From: Chlamydiota bacterium
GTDB taxonomy: Bacteria > Chlamydiota > Chlamydiia > Chlamydiales > RGXB01
Assembly (NCBI GenBank): GCA_016866475.1
Contig: VGMF01000001.1
Span: forward strand, 332,481 to 396,480
Reading direction: 5' to 3'
Length of the DNA: 64,000 nt
The first letter of the stretch is position 1. Every line of letters starts with the position of its first letter. A program made the position numbers and the translations under genes. The notes under the pieces are model-generated. The model saw nothing but the letters and a program-made list of their open reading frames with translations, searched no databases and was not told where the DNA came from. Positions 1 to 11,100 of the stretch are shown here, one piece after another.

Positions 1-68
1 ATTTTTTTATCCATTCTTTAATCGTCTATTTTTTCGCCCCCTTTAAACGGGTCGAAATCGAGCACGAT

Positions 69-1415
69 TTGATTAAAGAAATCGAGCCTAAAAAAACAAA
101 ACTCGAAAAGAGCTCGCCAAAAACTCCCCCCCTTGGGGCCATCAACTTGTTTCTAGATGTTTCCCCTAGCGATCCTACCCCCCAGGCAGTGGCTGTTTTA
201 GAACCTAGTGCTCCCGCAACTCGACAGGGCCTTGATTTTGTTAAAGCGCTTATGGAAAAGATCCATCTTGAGAACGAACCGAATTTTTTCCTTATCTGTA
301 GAATGCTGGAAAATGGGGACCTCACCCGCTCGGGCCAGTCTTTTTATAGGGAATTTTTTTCCTCTATTCGGGGTTGGATTGAAAGAATGCTGAAAGTTTA
401 CAACCCGGAAAATAAAAGCCACCAGCTCTATGATCTCTACTTTAGCCTTCCACAACACCTTTTTGGCCCCGGTGGCCTGGACCATTTGGATAAACCGGAA
501 CTTATCCACCTTACAACACTGTCAAGGCTTTATGTTTATTTATGGAACCACGATGAGCAGTTGGTGGAAAATACCTTTTGCCCCCTTTTCAAATCCACGC
601 TTAGCATTGAGGAGGAAAAAAAGGTTTTCAGAGCTCTATTTAGCACCTACATGAATCTGGCTTTGGCCATACTTGAAATCGTATCGCAACAACAGATCCC
701 CTCGCCACTCAAGATACCGTTTCCGCATGTTCATCGGGAACAAAGCGCAAACTCCTCGAAGCTGGTACTGTCTATCGAGTCTGTAAATGATTTTTTGCTG
801 CAGCATCCTATCGAGGAGGGGGCACTGGAACGGGCTACCCCTTACGAGACATTTTCTGAGCACTATATCCGACTTTCAAAAATTCAGATACTACCGACTA
901 AAATTGCCTATCACCTGATTGGCTTGGAGCCCCTTCTTTCAAAATGGAATGCCAATACTGAAATATCCTACGCCCAAGCCCACCATATCCTCTACCGGCT
1001 CTCGATTCTTCTGGAAAGCGGTCTCGATTTAGCACTCTACTTTTCAAAACAAACAGACGCCTCCGGCAAACGTCATGTTATTTTTGAGACCTACGCAAAC
1101 CGCCCCTTGGGATTTTCGCATGATACGTACATGAAGTTTTGCACCCTTTCACAGGAGCTCAAAGAACAATTTACCCCAAATGAAATCAGCTACATTAGGG
1201 ATTTTTCGAATTTTTCAAACTCGGTTTACCATTACCAGGATCGATCCGAAGGGGTTTTTAAAAATTATCTCGACACGCTACAGTCATTAGATGGATCCAA
1301 GGTCATACCGGACCATGAGGATTGTAAAAATTATCTAAATCAAACGGGTAGCTACGCCCTAAGGATTTTACAGAAATTTTTAATCAATTTTTACAAGGCT
1401 AGAACGAAGGCTTAA
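69..1415 (+). CDS. hypothetical protein with a Pro/Ser-rich N-terminus
   Basis: Long uninterrupted ORF (448 aa) that starts at TTG. The first in-frame ATG is about 60 codons in, so the start is uncertain. I recognise no motif. Confidence 0.5.
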   Translation: MIKEIEPKKTKLEKSSPKTPPLGAINLFLDVSPSDPTPQAVAVLEPSAPATRQGLDFVKALMEKIHLENEPNFFLICRMLENGDLTRSGQSFYREFFSSIRGWIERMLKVYNPENKSHQLYDLYFSLPQHLFGPGGLDHLDKPELIHLTTLSRLYVYLWNHDEQLVENTFCPLFKSTLSIEEEKKVFRALFSTYMNLALAILEIVSQQQIPSPLKIPFPHVHREQSANSSKLVLSIESVNDFLLQHPIEEGALERATPYETFSEHYIRLSKIQILPTKIAYHLIGLEPLLSKWNANTEISYAQAHHILYRLSILLESGLDLALYFSKQTDASGKRHVIFETYANRPLGFSHDTYMKFCTLSQELKEQFTPNEISYIRDFSNFSNSVYHYQDRSEGVFKNYLDTLQSLDGSKVIPDHEDCKNYLNQTGSYALRILQKFLINFYKARTKA

Positions 1416-1473
1416 ATCCGTTCCTCCCCTCTTCTTTTTTTTATAATTCCCAAAAAAGGCAAGGGGTTTTTCC

Positions 1474-2814
1474 TTACCGCTTATCCAGAAGATGCACCAT
1501 CATCGACATACGGGGGTTTTTTGAAAAAAAGGTCCTATTTTTTCGGATAAAATCCCAAAAAAGGGTATCAAATTCCTCACACCAGGGCCCTGAGGAAAAA
1601 TTGCCCATTTTTTTCAAATAGTTTGAACCGCTACAGTAAGGCTTTGTAGTCATCATCCCCCCATCGGCATATTGACTCATCCCATAGACATTTGGAACCA
1701 TCACCCAATCATACGCATCGATGAAAAGACTCATAAACCAGTCGTAGACCTTGTCTGGATCACACTCTTTCAAAAGAAGGTAATTTCCCAAAACCATCAG
1801 CCTTTCGATATGGTGGCAATACGCAAATTTCAACGCCTTTTTCACCGAATCGTCTACCGGAACGATCCCCGTTTCTCCGTACCAAAAGCCCTCCGGCAAC
1901 GATTTTTTATGGTGAAAAAAATTCATCTTCCTCATCTTATCCCCGTGCAACTCATAGGCTGCACGCATAAATTCCCTCCATCCGAGAATTTGGCGTATAA
2001 ACCCCTCTTTCGAGGGCAAAGGAGCGCGGTGATGGATCGCCATTTCGAGTACCTCGTCAACAGTGAGTAGACCCACATTGATATAAGGGCTCAAAACGGA
2101 ATGGATAGTAAAGGGGTCGTCTTGTAAAATGGCATCCTGGTAAGGGCCAAAAAAAGCAAACATCTCATCAAAAAACCGATGCATAGCTTTTCTAGCCCCC
2201 TCTCGGTCAATCGCAAAAGAAAAATCGTCCAAATCGCCCGGATTTTTTGGAAAAGCCTTTTCTATCTCTTTTTTAAACTTTTTTAAATCTTCAGACTCTT
2301 TCGGGACATAGGCGCTTGGTAACCGGGTCCCTTTGGGGATTTTTTTACGGTTCTCTACGTCGTAGCTCCATTTCCCCCCTTCCGGTTTCCCCCCCTGCAG
2401 CAGCACATCAAACCGTTTGCGTTGCTTGATGTAAAAAGAGGCCATGCTTAGGTGTTTTTCTCCACCCAAAAGATCCTCTATCTCATCTAGCTTCGTCAAA
2501 AAAAGGGGGGAATCGAGTAATTCTATCTTCTTTTTCTTCAACTCATCACGCACCGAGTGGTCAATAGGGTCGAATGCCTTTGTCCCTTTCTTGATCGTGG
2601 GCTTTTGGTCAAAGGTAACATACTTAGTGACAATACCGGCCTTCTTTAGCTCTTCTTGGTAGTGGTGCATGGTGGCACGATGGAAAACCAGCTTTTTTTT
2701 ATGGTAGAGAAATTCCTTAAAGTACCAGGGATGCTCGTACAAAGTCACCGAATCCCCTTTTTGAAAAAATCTTTTGGGATCAAAAAGTTGATGTGGTAAA
2801 ATCAAGTAGTCCAT
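1474..2814 (-). CDS. cryptochrome/photolyase-family protein (deoxyribodipyrimidine photolyase-related type)
   Basis: The 446-aa ORF has the N-terminus MDYLILPHQLF..YEHPWYF..HKKKLVFH and the C-terminal YCHHIERLMVLGN...YDWVMVPNVYGMSQYADGG block typical of photolyase-related proteins. Confidence 0.7.
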   Translation of the reverse strand: MDYLILPHQLFDPKRFFQKGDSVTLYEHPWYFKEFLYHKKKLVFHRATMHHYQEELKKAGIVTKYVTFDQKPTIKKGTKAFDPIDHSVRDELKKKKIELLDSPLFLTKLDEIEDLLGGEKHLSMASFYIKQRKRFDVLLQGGKPEGGKWSYDVENRKKIPKGTRLPSAYVPKESEDLKKFKKEIEKAFPKNPGDLDDFSFAIDREGARKAMHRFFDEMFAFFGPYQDAILQDDPFTIHSVLSPYINVGLLTVDEVLEMAIHHRAPLPSKEGFIRQILGWREFMRAAYELHGDKMRKMNFFHHKKSLPEGFWYGETGIVPVDDSVKKALKFAYCHHIERLMVLGNYLLLKECDPDKVYDWFMSLFIDAYDWVMVPNVYGMSQYADGGMMTTKPYCSGSNYLKKMGNFSSGPWCEEFDTLFWDFIRKNRTFFSKNPRMSMMVHLLDKR

Positions 2815-3318
2815 TATAAATCCTTTCCCAAGCAGTCCCTTTTCTATTCATAACCTGTTTTTGATTTTATGAGAATAGGATCTCTTTTAAAATCGGATCC
2901 TAAAGATAGGGCCATCAAGACCGGAGGGAAAAAAGAGTTTTCAACCAAAACAAGTCTAGAATTTTATTTTGTATCCAATCGAAGCACCCCTCTTTAGATG
3001 CAACCACCCCAAACTTTACAAATCGAGGTAAAAGTACCCCCAAATAGCTCTAAGGCTAGAATTGTACGAGATAGCTTTAAAGCGATTGAAAATCTTTGTT
3101 CCTAGTCCTCGTGAAAAAGGGAAAGCCAACGAGGAGCTTTTTGAAGTTTTAGAAACATTCTTCAAGCCTCTAGAGTTCCAACTAGAGATTATCCATGGTG
3201 CACTCCAGCCGATAAAAATTCTCCGTTTCACCTTTTCTTCCATAGAGCAATACAATTTATTTTTCGAAAAATTGGGGTCTTTGTAGTCTCAAAGGTTGTT
3301 TTGGATAGCTCTTAAATC

Positions 3319-3828
3319 CTACTTAGAAATAGCACTCAAAAAGGGGGCAAAAGGGGTGCCGCGCCCCTTTTTTGAAGCTTTATAGCAACTCATAAAAATG
3401 GGTTTTATTTTAGCACTATCGAGTTTTGCCTCTTTGCAAAAGCCCTCAAATGTTGTCTCAAAACAGGGTTTTGTAGCCTGGTTCTGAAAATCTTTTGTAA
3501 ATCCATTGCAAAACTTTTTAAATTGGATGCTCTTTCCATTAGAAAGTTTATTCAGATCCGCTTTAAGTCCAGGATCAGACAATACTACAGCAAAAAAAGA
3601 AAAGGAGGAAACCGTCTTTACCCTTGAACCAGCCTCCTCCAGACTTTTTTTATACCCAAGAAGGGAAAGGCTCGAATGGGAGGCCAATGTTTTGACTATG
3701 TAGGAGATGTCCTCTTTCTGACTCTTGCTCGCCACAACCTTAAATTTTGAGCAGTTGGCTCCCTCGAGGTGGTTTCCAACAAATAGCGTTAAGACTAAAT
3801 AGACAATTCCCTTAAGAATCCGCAGCAT
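3319..3828 (-). CDS. hypothetical exported protein
   Basis: The 169-aa ORF has a hydrophobic signal-like N-terminus (MLRILKGIVYLVLTLFVGNHLEG). It overlaps the 3' end of the upstream protease gene by 17 nt, which suggests co-transcription. Confidence 0.5.
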   Translation of the reverse strand: MLRILKGIVYLVLTLFVGNHLEGANCSKFKVVASKSQKEDISYIVKTLASHSSLSLLGYKKSLEEAGSRVKTVSSFSFFAVVLSDPGLKADLNKLSNGKSIQFKKFCNGFTKDFQNQATKPCFETTFEGFCKEAKLDSAKIKPIFMSCYKASKKGRGTPFAPFLSAISK

Positions 3829-6800
3829 TACATTTCTCTAACAAAATTTCCAAACCTTTTGCAAGCTGAAGATCCTCTTTCTCATAAGATTGTTTCGGAT
3901 CCACATCGACATAAACATCGATAGGACCGCCACCCTCCCCTTCGACGAGAACCTTTCGACTCTTTTTATCGTATCCTGCAAGAGCTGGGAGTGTTACGAG
4001 CGCATGATAGCCCGGGATCACACTCAACACGGGGATAATTCCCACTCCCCCGCCCCAGGTTTTTGTCCCCACTACCTTTACCTGATGACTTTTTTTAAGC
4101 ATCGAAACGAATAACTCACCGTCCGAACAGGTCATCTGGTTGCATAAAACGACAATCCTCGGATGGCCATCTTTAGATTGGATTGGACTCGATATACCGT
4201 GCAATTCGCAAAAGACCGGACTCTGATTGGAGATTTCGTCAATCATCGCTTTGCTGGTATTGCCACCGCAATTGTAGCGCATATCAATAATAATCCCCTC
4301 CTTGTCCGACATTGAGGCGTAAAGCCGGGCGAAAAGGCGGTAGGTCTCCTCATCCATCCGTTCTAGATGGATATATCCCACTTTGCCATTTGATTGCGCA
4401 TCTGTTTTTAGCCGATTCTCATAAGCCCAATCGTATAGACGGAGTATACTCAAAGCATTTGTTTGCAACGGGGCCGCAGACAAGGAGTGCATCTCCCCTG
4501 CTGCATCCGTCAACTCAAAAGCCACTTTGGAATTGTAGGCGCCTGCAAGCTGCTCCTCCAAACTTTTAGACCCGGTAACCTTTTCATGATTGATTGCAGT
4601 GATCACCATCCCCTCCTTAAACATCGCATAAGGATCGAGGGTATTGTGATCATCAATAAGCGGATCAAGTTTTAATGTCTTAAGAATTTCAAACCCATTT
4701 TTTTGCGGTTCAAATTTCACATCCATAGGTAATGATACCGCCGATAGGGATGGGTCTTGCGGAGATTTGATTTCGCTAATAAAAATATGTAGCGTGTTCA
4801 GCTCTGCCAACATCATCGATAACAATTGCAGTAAATCCTTTTTTGTTTGAACGCGGGGCAAAAGAACTGCATAACGCCTCTTCAACGCATCCCAGAAGGA
4901 CTCTTCAAGATCCCGGTTGTAAAAATAGGATTTAAAAACACGGTGGACATTGAAAAAAAGATAGTCGAGCTCTTTTTTTGCCTCAAAAGGGATCCTCTGT
5001 TTTGTAAAAAAAATCGGCAATTCTACCCCTCCCTCTAGTGAGTGGGACAAATCGGCCCAAAAGAATTCACCCCCCGCCTGGATCACCCCTTTATTGGTCT
5101 CACAACAAAAGTAGGCCTCCTCGATCTCATGGGACGAATCTTCTATCTCTTTACCCTCATAAGGGAGAAGGGACGCCGTATCTTTGATTATCAAAAGCCC
5201 TTTTTCTAACCCTTTGATCGATTGAAACACCCCCACTTGGGGTTTTTTGTACACTTTTTTGTCTAGACGCTTAGGGTCGATAGGGATAATCTCTTTAATT
5301 TCTGATAACCAAAATGGGTTTCCACCAGCAAGGCTTACCGCTGCCAAGAGTTTGTACTCAAAAGATTTTAGCTGAATCTCACCCCGGTCAAACCACCCAA
5401 TCGACCCCCTAGGATTTTTGGAAATAAAATAAAGGGCCGCCTGCTTTGGATGCCAAACAGGGGCGAAGCCGTCCACCTCCGGGGCAGTCACCGGGTAGGA
5501 GTTGTTGTGTTCCAGGCTGAAAATTTTCAACTGCTCAAAAAGATTCTTTTTTTGTACCGAATAGGCAATCCAATTCCCATCGGGCGAAAATGCTATCCCC
5601 TCCTTGCCTTGCAAATAGGGGATATTGGTATCGACCAGCATCTCGATACCTCTCGCAATATCATAGGCGAACAGCTCCTGTTGCGCCGTTAAGGTCAGCA
5701 CAACCGTCCCCTGCAAATTCACCATGAGCCCAAAACGAGAACAGTCGCTCAAGGGATACGTCTTATGATTTTTTTCTCTGTCAAAAATTTCAAGGTACGA
5801 ACCTTTTTCATCTCCGGAGAGGGCGAAAATTTTGTCCTTAGCGACGGCAACATCCAAAAAGTAGACCCCTTTTAGCGGGCGAATCCTTAGAAAACCCTCC
5901 CTTAACTTGTCTAGAACGATCAGATCTCCGCGCACCAGAAAAACCGCCCTCTCCCCATCCGGACTGACCGCCATTTTCTCATGAAGGTAATACCCTTTTG
6001 GTTGGCTAATGTTCTGTAGATTCTTGATCTCTTTTTCGATCGAAAGCCAGTTCGTAGTAGCGATGGTTTCACCAACAAGATCCACCTCTATGAATGCGAC
6101 CATTTCAGTTGAGGGATCGTAAATTGCAAGATCTGCACCCACATTTAAAATAATCCTATTTCCGTCGGTCGATGCGGAACGGATCGAAAACTCGCTATTG
6201 TCGTAAACAAGTCTCGACTCCCCCTCCTGATTCAAATATAGGCACGTCTTGCCGGACTGATCCGAAAGAAAATAGAGCTCATTTTGGCATAGCATCGGAT
6301 TAAAACAGTTTGCCTCTTTGAAAAGGGGATACTTTTCAATCTCCATTTGCCCGTTTTGTTTATAACATTTATAGATCTGCCTCAATTGTCCGCCCCGGTA
6401 GGCCTCGATGCAGCTCTGCTTACAAAAGCGGGTAAAATAGAAATCTCCCCCTTTATCCAACGTAGCTTCGGAGCATTGATCCAGGCCAAGATCGGTCTGT
6501 TTGGAATTGGAGGGATCCCATCGTACTAAAGTTTTATCCATCGGTAAAAGTTTGGAATTTGCCGAACAAATAATTGCTCCACAGTCTGTCCAGCAGCAGG
6601 GATTGGGGGCCTGCCCCAGATATGTCTCCCTTTTTAGATTGAATCCTTTTGTGGATACCGTGTACAGCTCCGGGCTAGATACCCCTTTCATAGTACCGCA
6701 AAAGGCGATCTTGGATCCGTCCTTTGAAAATTTTGGATGGTGGCTACTCCCTTGGTGCCCTAAAAGTTGGCACGCCTCGAGCTTCCCTTTTTCAAGAGAC

Positions 6801-6946
6801 CCGATCCAAAGTTTTCCCTGGCTCACAAAAACAACTTTTTCAAGGTGTATGTCTGGCTCGGAATAAAACCCCGAGGAGCCGTACAATAGACTCAATGAGC
6901 CGGTCAACAAGTATATTGCTAATCTCAAATAACCAAAAATTTTCAT
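3812..6946 (-). CDS. tricorn-like protease (beta-propeller + PDZ + S41 peptidase domains)
   Basis: The 1044-aa ORF has an N-terminal signal-like segment and long propeller-like repeats. The C-terminal S41-type block reads IIIDMRYNCGGN...CNQMTCSDGELF. Confidence 0.75.
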   Translation of the reverse strand: MKIFGYLRLAIYLLTGSLSLLYGSSGFYSEPDIHLEKVVFVSQGKLWIGSLEKGKLEACQLLGHQGSSHHPKFSKDGSKIAFCGTMKGVSSPELYTVSTKGFNLKRETYLGQAPNPCCWTDCGAIICSANSKLLPMDKTLVRWDPSNSKQTDLGLDQCSEATLDKGGDFYFTRFCKQSCIEAYRGGQLRQIYKCYKQNGQMEIEKYPLFKEANCFNPMLCQNELYFLSDQSGKTCLYLNQEGESRLVYDNSEFSIRSASTDGNRIILNVGADLAIYDPSTEMVAFIEVDLVGETIATTNWLSIEKEIKNLQNISQPKGYYLHEKMAVSPDGERAVFLVRGDLIVLDKLREGFLRIRPLKGVYFLDVAVAKDKIFALSGDEKGSYLEIFDREKNHKTYPLSDCSRFGLMVNLQGTVVLTLTAQQELFAYDIARGIEMLVDTNIPYLQGKEGIAFSPDGNWIAYSVQKKNLFEQLKIFSLEHNNSYPVTAPEVDGFAPVWHPKQAALYFISKNPRGSIGWFDRGEIQLKSFEYKLLAAVSLAGGNPFWLSEIKEIIPIDPKRLDKKVYKKPQVGVFQSIKGLEKGLLIIKDTASLLPYEGKEIEDSSHEIEEAYFCCETNKGVIQAGGEFFWADLSHSLEGGVELPIFFTKQRIPFEAKKELDYLFFNVHRVFKSYFYNRDLEESFWDALKRRYAVLLPRVQTKKDLLQLLSMMLAELNTLHIFISEIKSPQDPSLSAVSLPMDVKFEPQKNGFEILKTLKLDPLIDDHNTLDPYAMFKEGMVITAINHEKVTGSKSLEEQLAGAYNSKVAFELTDAAGEMHSLSAAPLQTNALSILRLYDWAYENRLKTDAQSNGKVGYIHLERMDEETYRLFARLYASMSDKEGIIIDMRYNCGGNTSKAMIDEISNQSPVFCELHGISSPIQSKDGHPRIVVLCNQMTCSDGELFVSMLKKSHQVKVVGTKTWGGGVGIIPVLSVIPGYHALVTLPALAGYDKKSRKVLVEGEGGGPIDVYVDVDPKQSYEKEDLQLAKGLEILLEKCNAADS

Positions 6947-7098
6947 AACTCGATCCCAAATACTCGCATAACCAATTCCTTGTTTTTCCGCTTGACAACC
7001 CCATCCAAATCTTTTTCTAACATTTGTTTTCAGGGTCTATTTCCAGCTTTTCTTTAGTCTAATTCAAAAAAACCCCCACAGTTTTTTAATAAATACAA

Positions 7099-7884
7099 TC
7101 AGCCGTTCTCATCCTGAACACCCTTTAGGTTAGAACCAGCAGCACCTTGCAAAACACCGCCAAACACATACGTCCATGTTACAAAGAAAAAACACCAGTC
7201 AAAATGGTACATGAAACCGAAAAGGAGCGTCAACACGATTGAAGCAATTAGGAATATTCCCGAAAAATCCAAGCGCTCTTTTTGTATCCATTTGATAGAG
7301 CGAAATCTTTTCAGACTGATCATCAGATAGGATAAAAGGAGCATCAGGGCAGCCGCTATATAACTGGTCACAGCACTTCCAAGCTTTTCTTCTATAAAAG
7401 AATTTGCGAAAAAAAGCTGCATCGAGATCGCCGCCATGGCAGCTGCCGGGATCGGAAGTCCTGTATAAATCTTTCCCCTCTCCGCATTGGCCTCCCCTAT
7501 CGATGCCACATTAAATCGCACTAGCCTCAAAATACCGCAAAGTGAAAAAAGCATCGCAGCCCAAAATGTGAGGAAATAGGGGGCCGTTTTCGGTTCTACG
7601 GGGGCCGTTTTCAATAACAAAACTGCAGGGGCTACGCCAAATGTGATCGCATCGGACAACGAATCGAAATTCATCCCGAATAGGCTTTCCCCTTTCAGGC
7701 GCCGCGCGGCAAAACCATCCAGCACGTCTATACAAGCGGCAGCCAAAATCAGTAGGGCAGATTTAAATAAAAGGGCTCTTGCATCCCCATGCCCTTCGCT
7801 CAAAGCCGCCTTAAATAATACAAACAGCCCTATAGAAAGACCCATCGCTGTGATGATATTAGGAACTACATATGGTTTTTTCAT
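7099..7884 (-). CDS. pssA: CDP-diacylglycerol--serine O-phosphatidyltransferase (CDP-alcohol phosphatidyltransferase family)
   Basis: The motif DGFAARRLKGESLFGMNFDSLSD matches D-G-x2-A-R-x8-G-x3-D-x3-D. The protein is multi-pass hydrophobic. Confidence 0.8.
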   Translation of the reverse strand: MKKPYVVPNIITAMGLSIGLFVLFKAALSEGHGDARALLFKSALLILAAACIDVLDGFAARRLKGESLFGMNFDSLSDAITFGVAPAVLLLKTAPVEPKTAPYFLTFWAAMLFSLCGILRLVRFNVASIGEANAERGKIYTGLPIPAAAMAAISMQLFFANSFIEEKLGSAVTSYIAAALMLLLSYLMISLKRFRSIKWIQKERLDFSGIFLIASIVLTLLFGFMYHFDWCFFFVTWTYVFGGVLQGAAGSNLKGVQDENG

Positions 7885-8062
7885 CTGTGATTAAAACCCC
7901 GATTTTTGGTACAATCATGCACGAAGTCCACCATATATTTGAACGATATTCTTTGATCCAACACCCATCGATTTTTTAAAAAAAATTCCTCTCCGGAGAA
8001 ATTTTAATCTACGAGGAGAGGTATAAATTTGTTTTTTTTAAAACTAGACAAATTGTGTTGAT

Positions 8063-8078
8063 TTACAATATATAGTGT
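8063..8078. promoter_or_regulatory. NrdR-box-like palindrome 1 upstream of nrdA
   Basis: TTACAATATATAGTGT matches the published NrdR box consensus acaCwAtATaTwGtgt at about 14 of 16 positions. Confidence 0.5.
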
Positions 8079-8095
8079 GTCATAAGCATAAATGA

Positions 8096-8111
8096 ATACA
8101 ACATGTAGTGT
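8096..8111. promoter_or_regulatory. NrdR-box-like palindrome 2 upstream of nrdA
   Basis: ATACAACATGTAGTGT matches the consensus at about 13 of 16 positions. It lies 33 bp downstream of box 1, roughly three helical turns, and overlaps the GTG at 8108. Confidence 0.45.
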
Positions 8112-8122
8112 TGCGAGGAATC

Positions 8123-11100
8123 ATGAGTGAAGAAAAAACGTCCGCAAGTTCTGCTTTGATCAATCAATCGCAGGTAAAAAACAACAACGGCATCAGCCTG
8201 ACTGTCGTCAAGCGCAACGGCCATGTTGTTCCATTCAATACCCAACGCATCCATCGGGCGATTGAATCGGCTTTTAAAGATGTGAAAAATACCGGTGATA
8301 CCGCCTCTTTTCAACAAGAGATCGGATCTTTGACAGAGGTTGTTGTCTCTTTATGCATACAAGAAAGCAACCACGGAAAAACTTTGACCGTTGAGGGAAT
8401 CCAGGATCTTGTCGAGATCACTTTGATGAAAAAAGGGTACCACGATATTGCCAGGGGATATATCACCTACCGCAATGAACACAAGGCTCGCCGCGATCAA
8501 AACATAGACAATATCCGGATTTCCAGAAGGGACGGTTCTACATTAGTACGCCTCAACCCGATGAAAATTGCGACATCGATCGAATTTGCTCTACGGACCG
8601 GACATGAAAACGAAGGGCAGAAGATCCCAGAAACCCTCTTTGAAACGGTCAATCCGCTGACAACACTGGTGATGGAAAAAGTGTTGCAAAAATGGCAAAA
8701 TCAGGAACTCTTGTCGGTGCACGTGATCCAGGATTTGGTCGAAGAAGCCCTTATGGAGGCTCGCCATTTTAGCGCCGCGAAGGCCTATATACTGAAACAA
8801 GCGACAGAGGGGAAAGTCCACCCGAAATCGGCTCCCCGATCTTCAGAGGCAACAGTATTTCAAGTCAAAACAAAAAGTGGCGAACACCGCACCATAAGCG
8901 ATGAAGAGATTAGAAAAAAAATCGACTTTGCATGCAAAGGGTTCGAATCAATCATCAAGGTGGAGGAGCTTACCCAAGCCACCATCAACAATTTCTATGA
9001 AGGTATCCTCGAGGATGAGGTGGATCAGGCAATTGTTCTGGCCGCAAGAGCTATGGTCGAAAAAGACCCCTGTTACGCCGAGATCTCTGCCCGTTTGCTT
9101 TTAGATATTGTGTATCGTGAAGCTTTAGAGATTTCCATGATGGATCCTTCCCTAAATCGTCGTCATAAGGAATATTTTCCAAATTATATCCGCCGCGGAA
9201 TCTCTTTAGGCCGACTATCGAATGAGCTTTTAGATTTTGATCTGGTGAAGCTGCAGGAAGCTTTAGACATCTCAAGAGACTATAATTTCAAGTACCTCGG
9301 GTTGCAAACACTCTATGACCGCTACTTTATCCACCATGAAAGAAAAAGGATGGAGACCCCTCAAATTTTTTGGATGCGGGTTGCGATGGGATTGGCTATA
9401 AAAGAAACAGACCGAACACAAAGGGCGATTGAGTTTTACAACGCCCTTTCGCAGTTCCATTTTGTCTCCAGCACACCCACTTTATTCAATTCCGGAACGC
9501 AACATTCCCAGCTGAGCTCCTGCTATCTGTCAACCGTCATGGATGATCTTGAAAACATTTTCAAAATCATTTCTGACGATGCGCGCCTCTCCAAATGGGC
9601 AGGTGGCCTGGGGAACGACTGGACAAATGTACGTGCGACAGGATCGCGCATCAAAGGGACAAACGGAGAGAGCCAAGGGGTGATCCCTTTCTTGAAAGTT
9701 GCCAATGATGTTGCTGTTGCCGTGAACCAGGGGGGGAAACGGAAAGGGGCCATGTGCGCCTACCTTGAGGTATGGCATTTGGACATCGAAGATTTCATCG
9801 AGCTGAGGAAAAATACGGGTGACGAGCGCCGCCGCACACACGATATGAACACAGCAAACTGGATCCCCGATCTTTTCATGAAGCGTGTGCATGAAAATAA
9901 GCATTGGACCCTTTTCTCCCCCTGTGATACACCCGACCTTCATGATCTTTACGGGAGAGATTTTGAAGAGCGCTATGAGCATTATGAAAAACTTGCAGAG
10001 GCAGGAAAAATCGCCCTATCCAAAAAAATAGAGGCCACAGCCCTTTGGAGAAAAATGCTGGGGATGCTTTTTGAAACAGGCCACCCTTGGGTTACCTTCA
10101 AAGATCCTTCCAATATCCGCTCTGCGCAAGATCATGAAGGGGTTGTCCACAGCTCCAATCTTTGCACAGAGATCTTGTTGAATACCTCTATTAAAGAGAC
10201 GGCTGTTTGCAACCTGGGTTCGATCAATTTGGAAGTGCACATTAAAAATGGCCAGCTCGATACGGAGCTTCTTGAAAAAACCGTGACGACAGCAGTCCGC
10301 ATGCTTGACAACGTGATCGACATCAATTTTTATCCGATTGCAGATGCTGAGTACGCCAACTTACGTCACCGCCCGATCGGTTTGGGCCTCATGGGCTTTC
10401 AGGACGCCTTGTATCATATGAACATCAGCTATGCAAGCCACGAAGCGATCGCATTTGCCGATGCGAGCATGGAGCATATTTCCTACTACGCCATCATGGC
10501 TTCCAGCCAATTGGCCAAAGAGCGGGGAACCTATCCCACCTATAAAGGGTCAAAATGGGATCGGGGTATGTTGCCTATAGATACAATAGCGCTTTTAAAA
10601 GAAGAGCGGGGCGGGTTTTTGGAACAAGACACCACAACCCGACTCAATTGGTCAAAGGTCCGCTCTTCGATTAAAGAGCACGGAATGCGCAACTCCAACA
10701 CCATGGCAATCGCACCGACGGCTACAATCGCAAATATTACCGGAATAGTACAGTCGATTGAGCCCTCTTTTAAAAACATCTATGTAAAATCGAACCTGTC
10801 GGGTGAATTTACCGTTCCGAATGTCCATCTTGTCAACAAGCTCAAGGAGCTGAACCTCTGGGATGAGGAGATGATCGATGACCTCAAATACTACGACGGA
10901 TCTATTTTAGAGATTGAAAGGATACCGGACGAGGTGAAGAGGGTCTACTTGACAGCATTTGAGATCGATCCGACCTGGATTATCGAGTGTGCGTCCAGAA
11001 GACAAAAGTGGATCGATATGGGGCAATCGCTGAATCTCTACATCGACCAGCCAAGTGGTAAAAAGATCCATGACATGTATCTTCTTGCCTGGATCAAAGG

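Noticed and set aside
3016-3286. Two overlapping 74-79-aa ORFs (3062-3286 on the plus strand, 3016-3255 on the minus strand) in the 500-bp spacer between the photolyase-related gene and the exported-protein gene.
   Set aside because: The plus-strand ORF has only a TTG start. Neither ORF has a recognisable motif, and the two are mutually exclusive. One could be a gene remnant, but I cannot support either from the sequence alone.
9530-9982. 150-aa minus-strand ORF inside nrdA. The same applies to 48080-48565 inside murD, 57203-57700 inside the phosphosugar mutase gene and 34921-35436 inside cysS.
   Set aside because: All are antisense shadow ORFs within strongly supported genes, and none has an independent motif.
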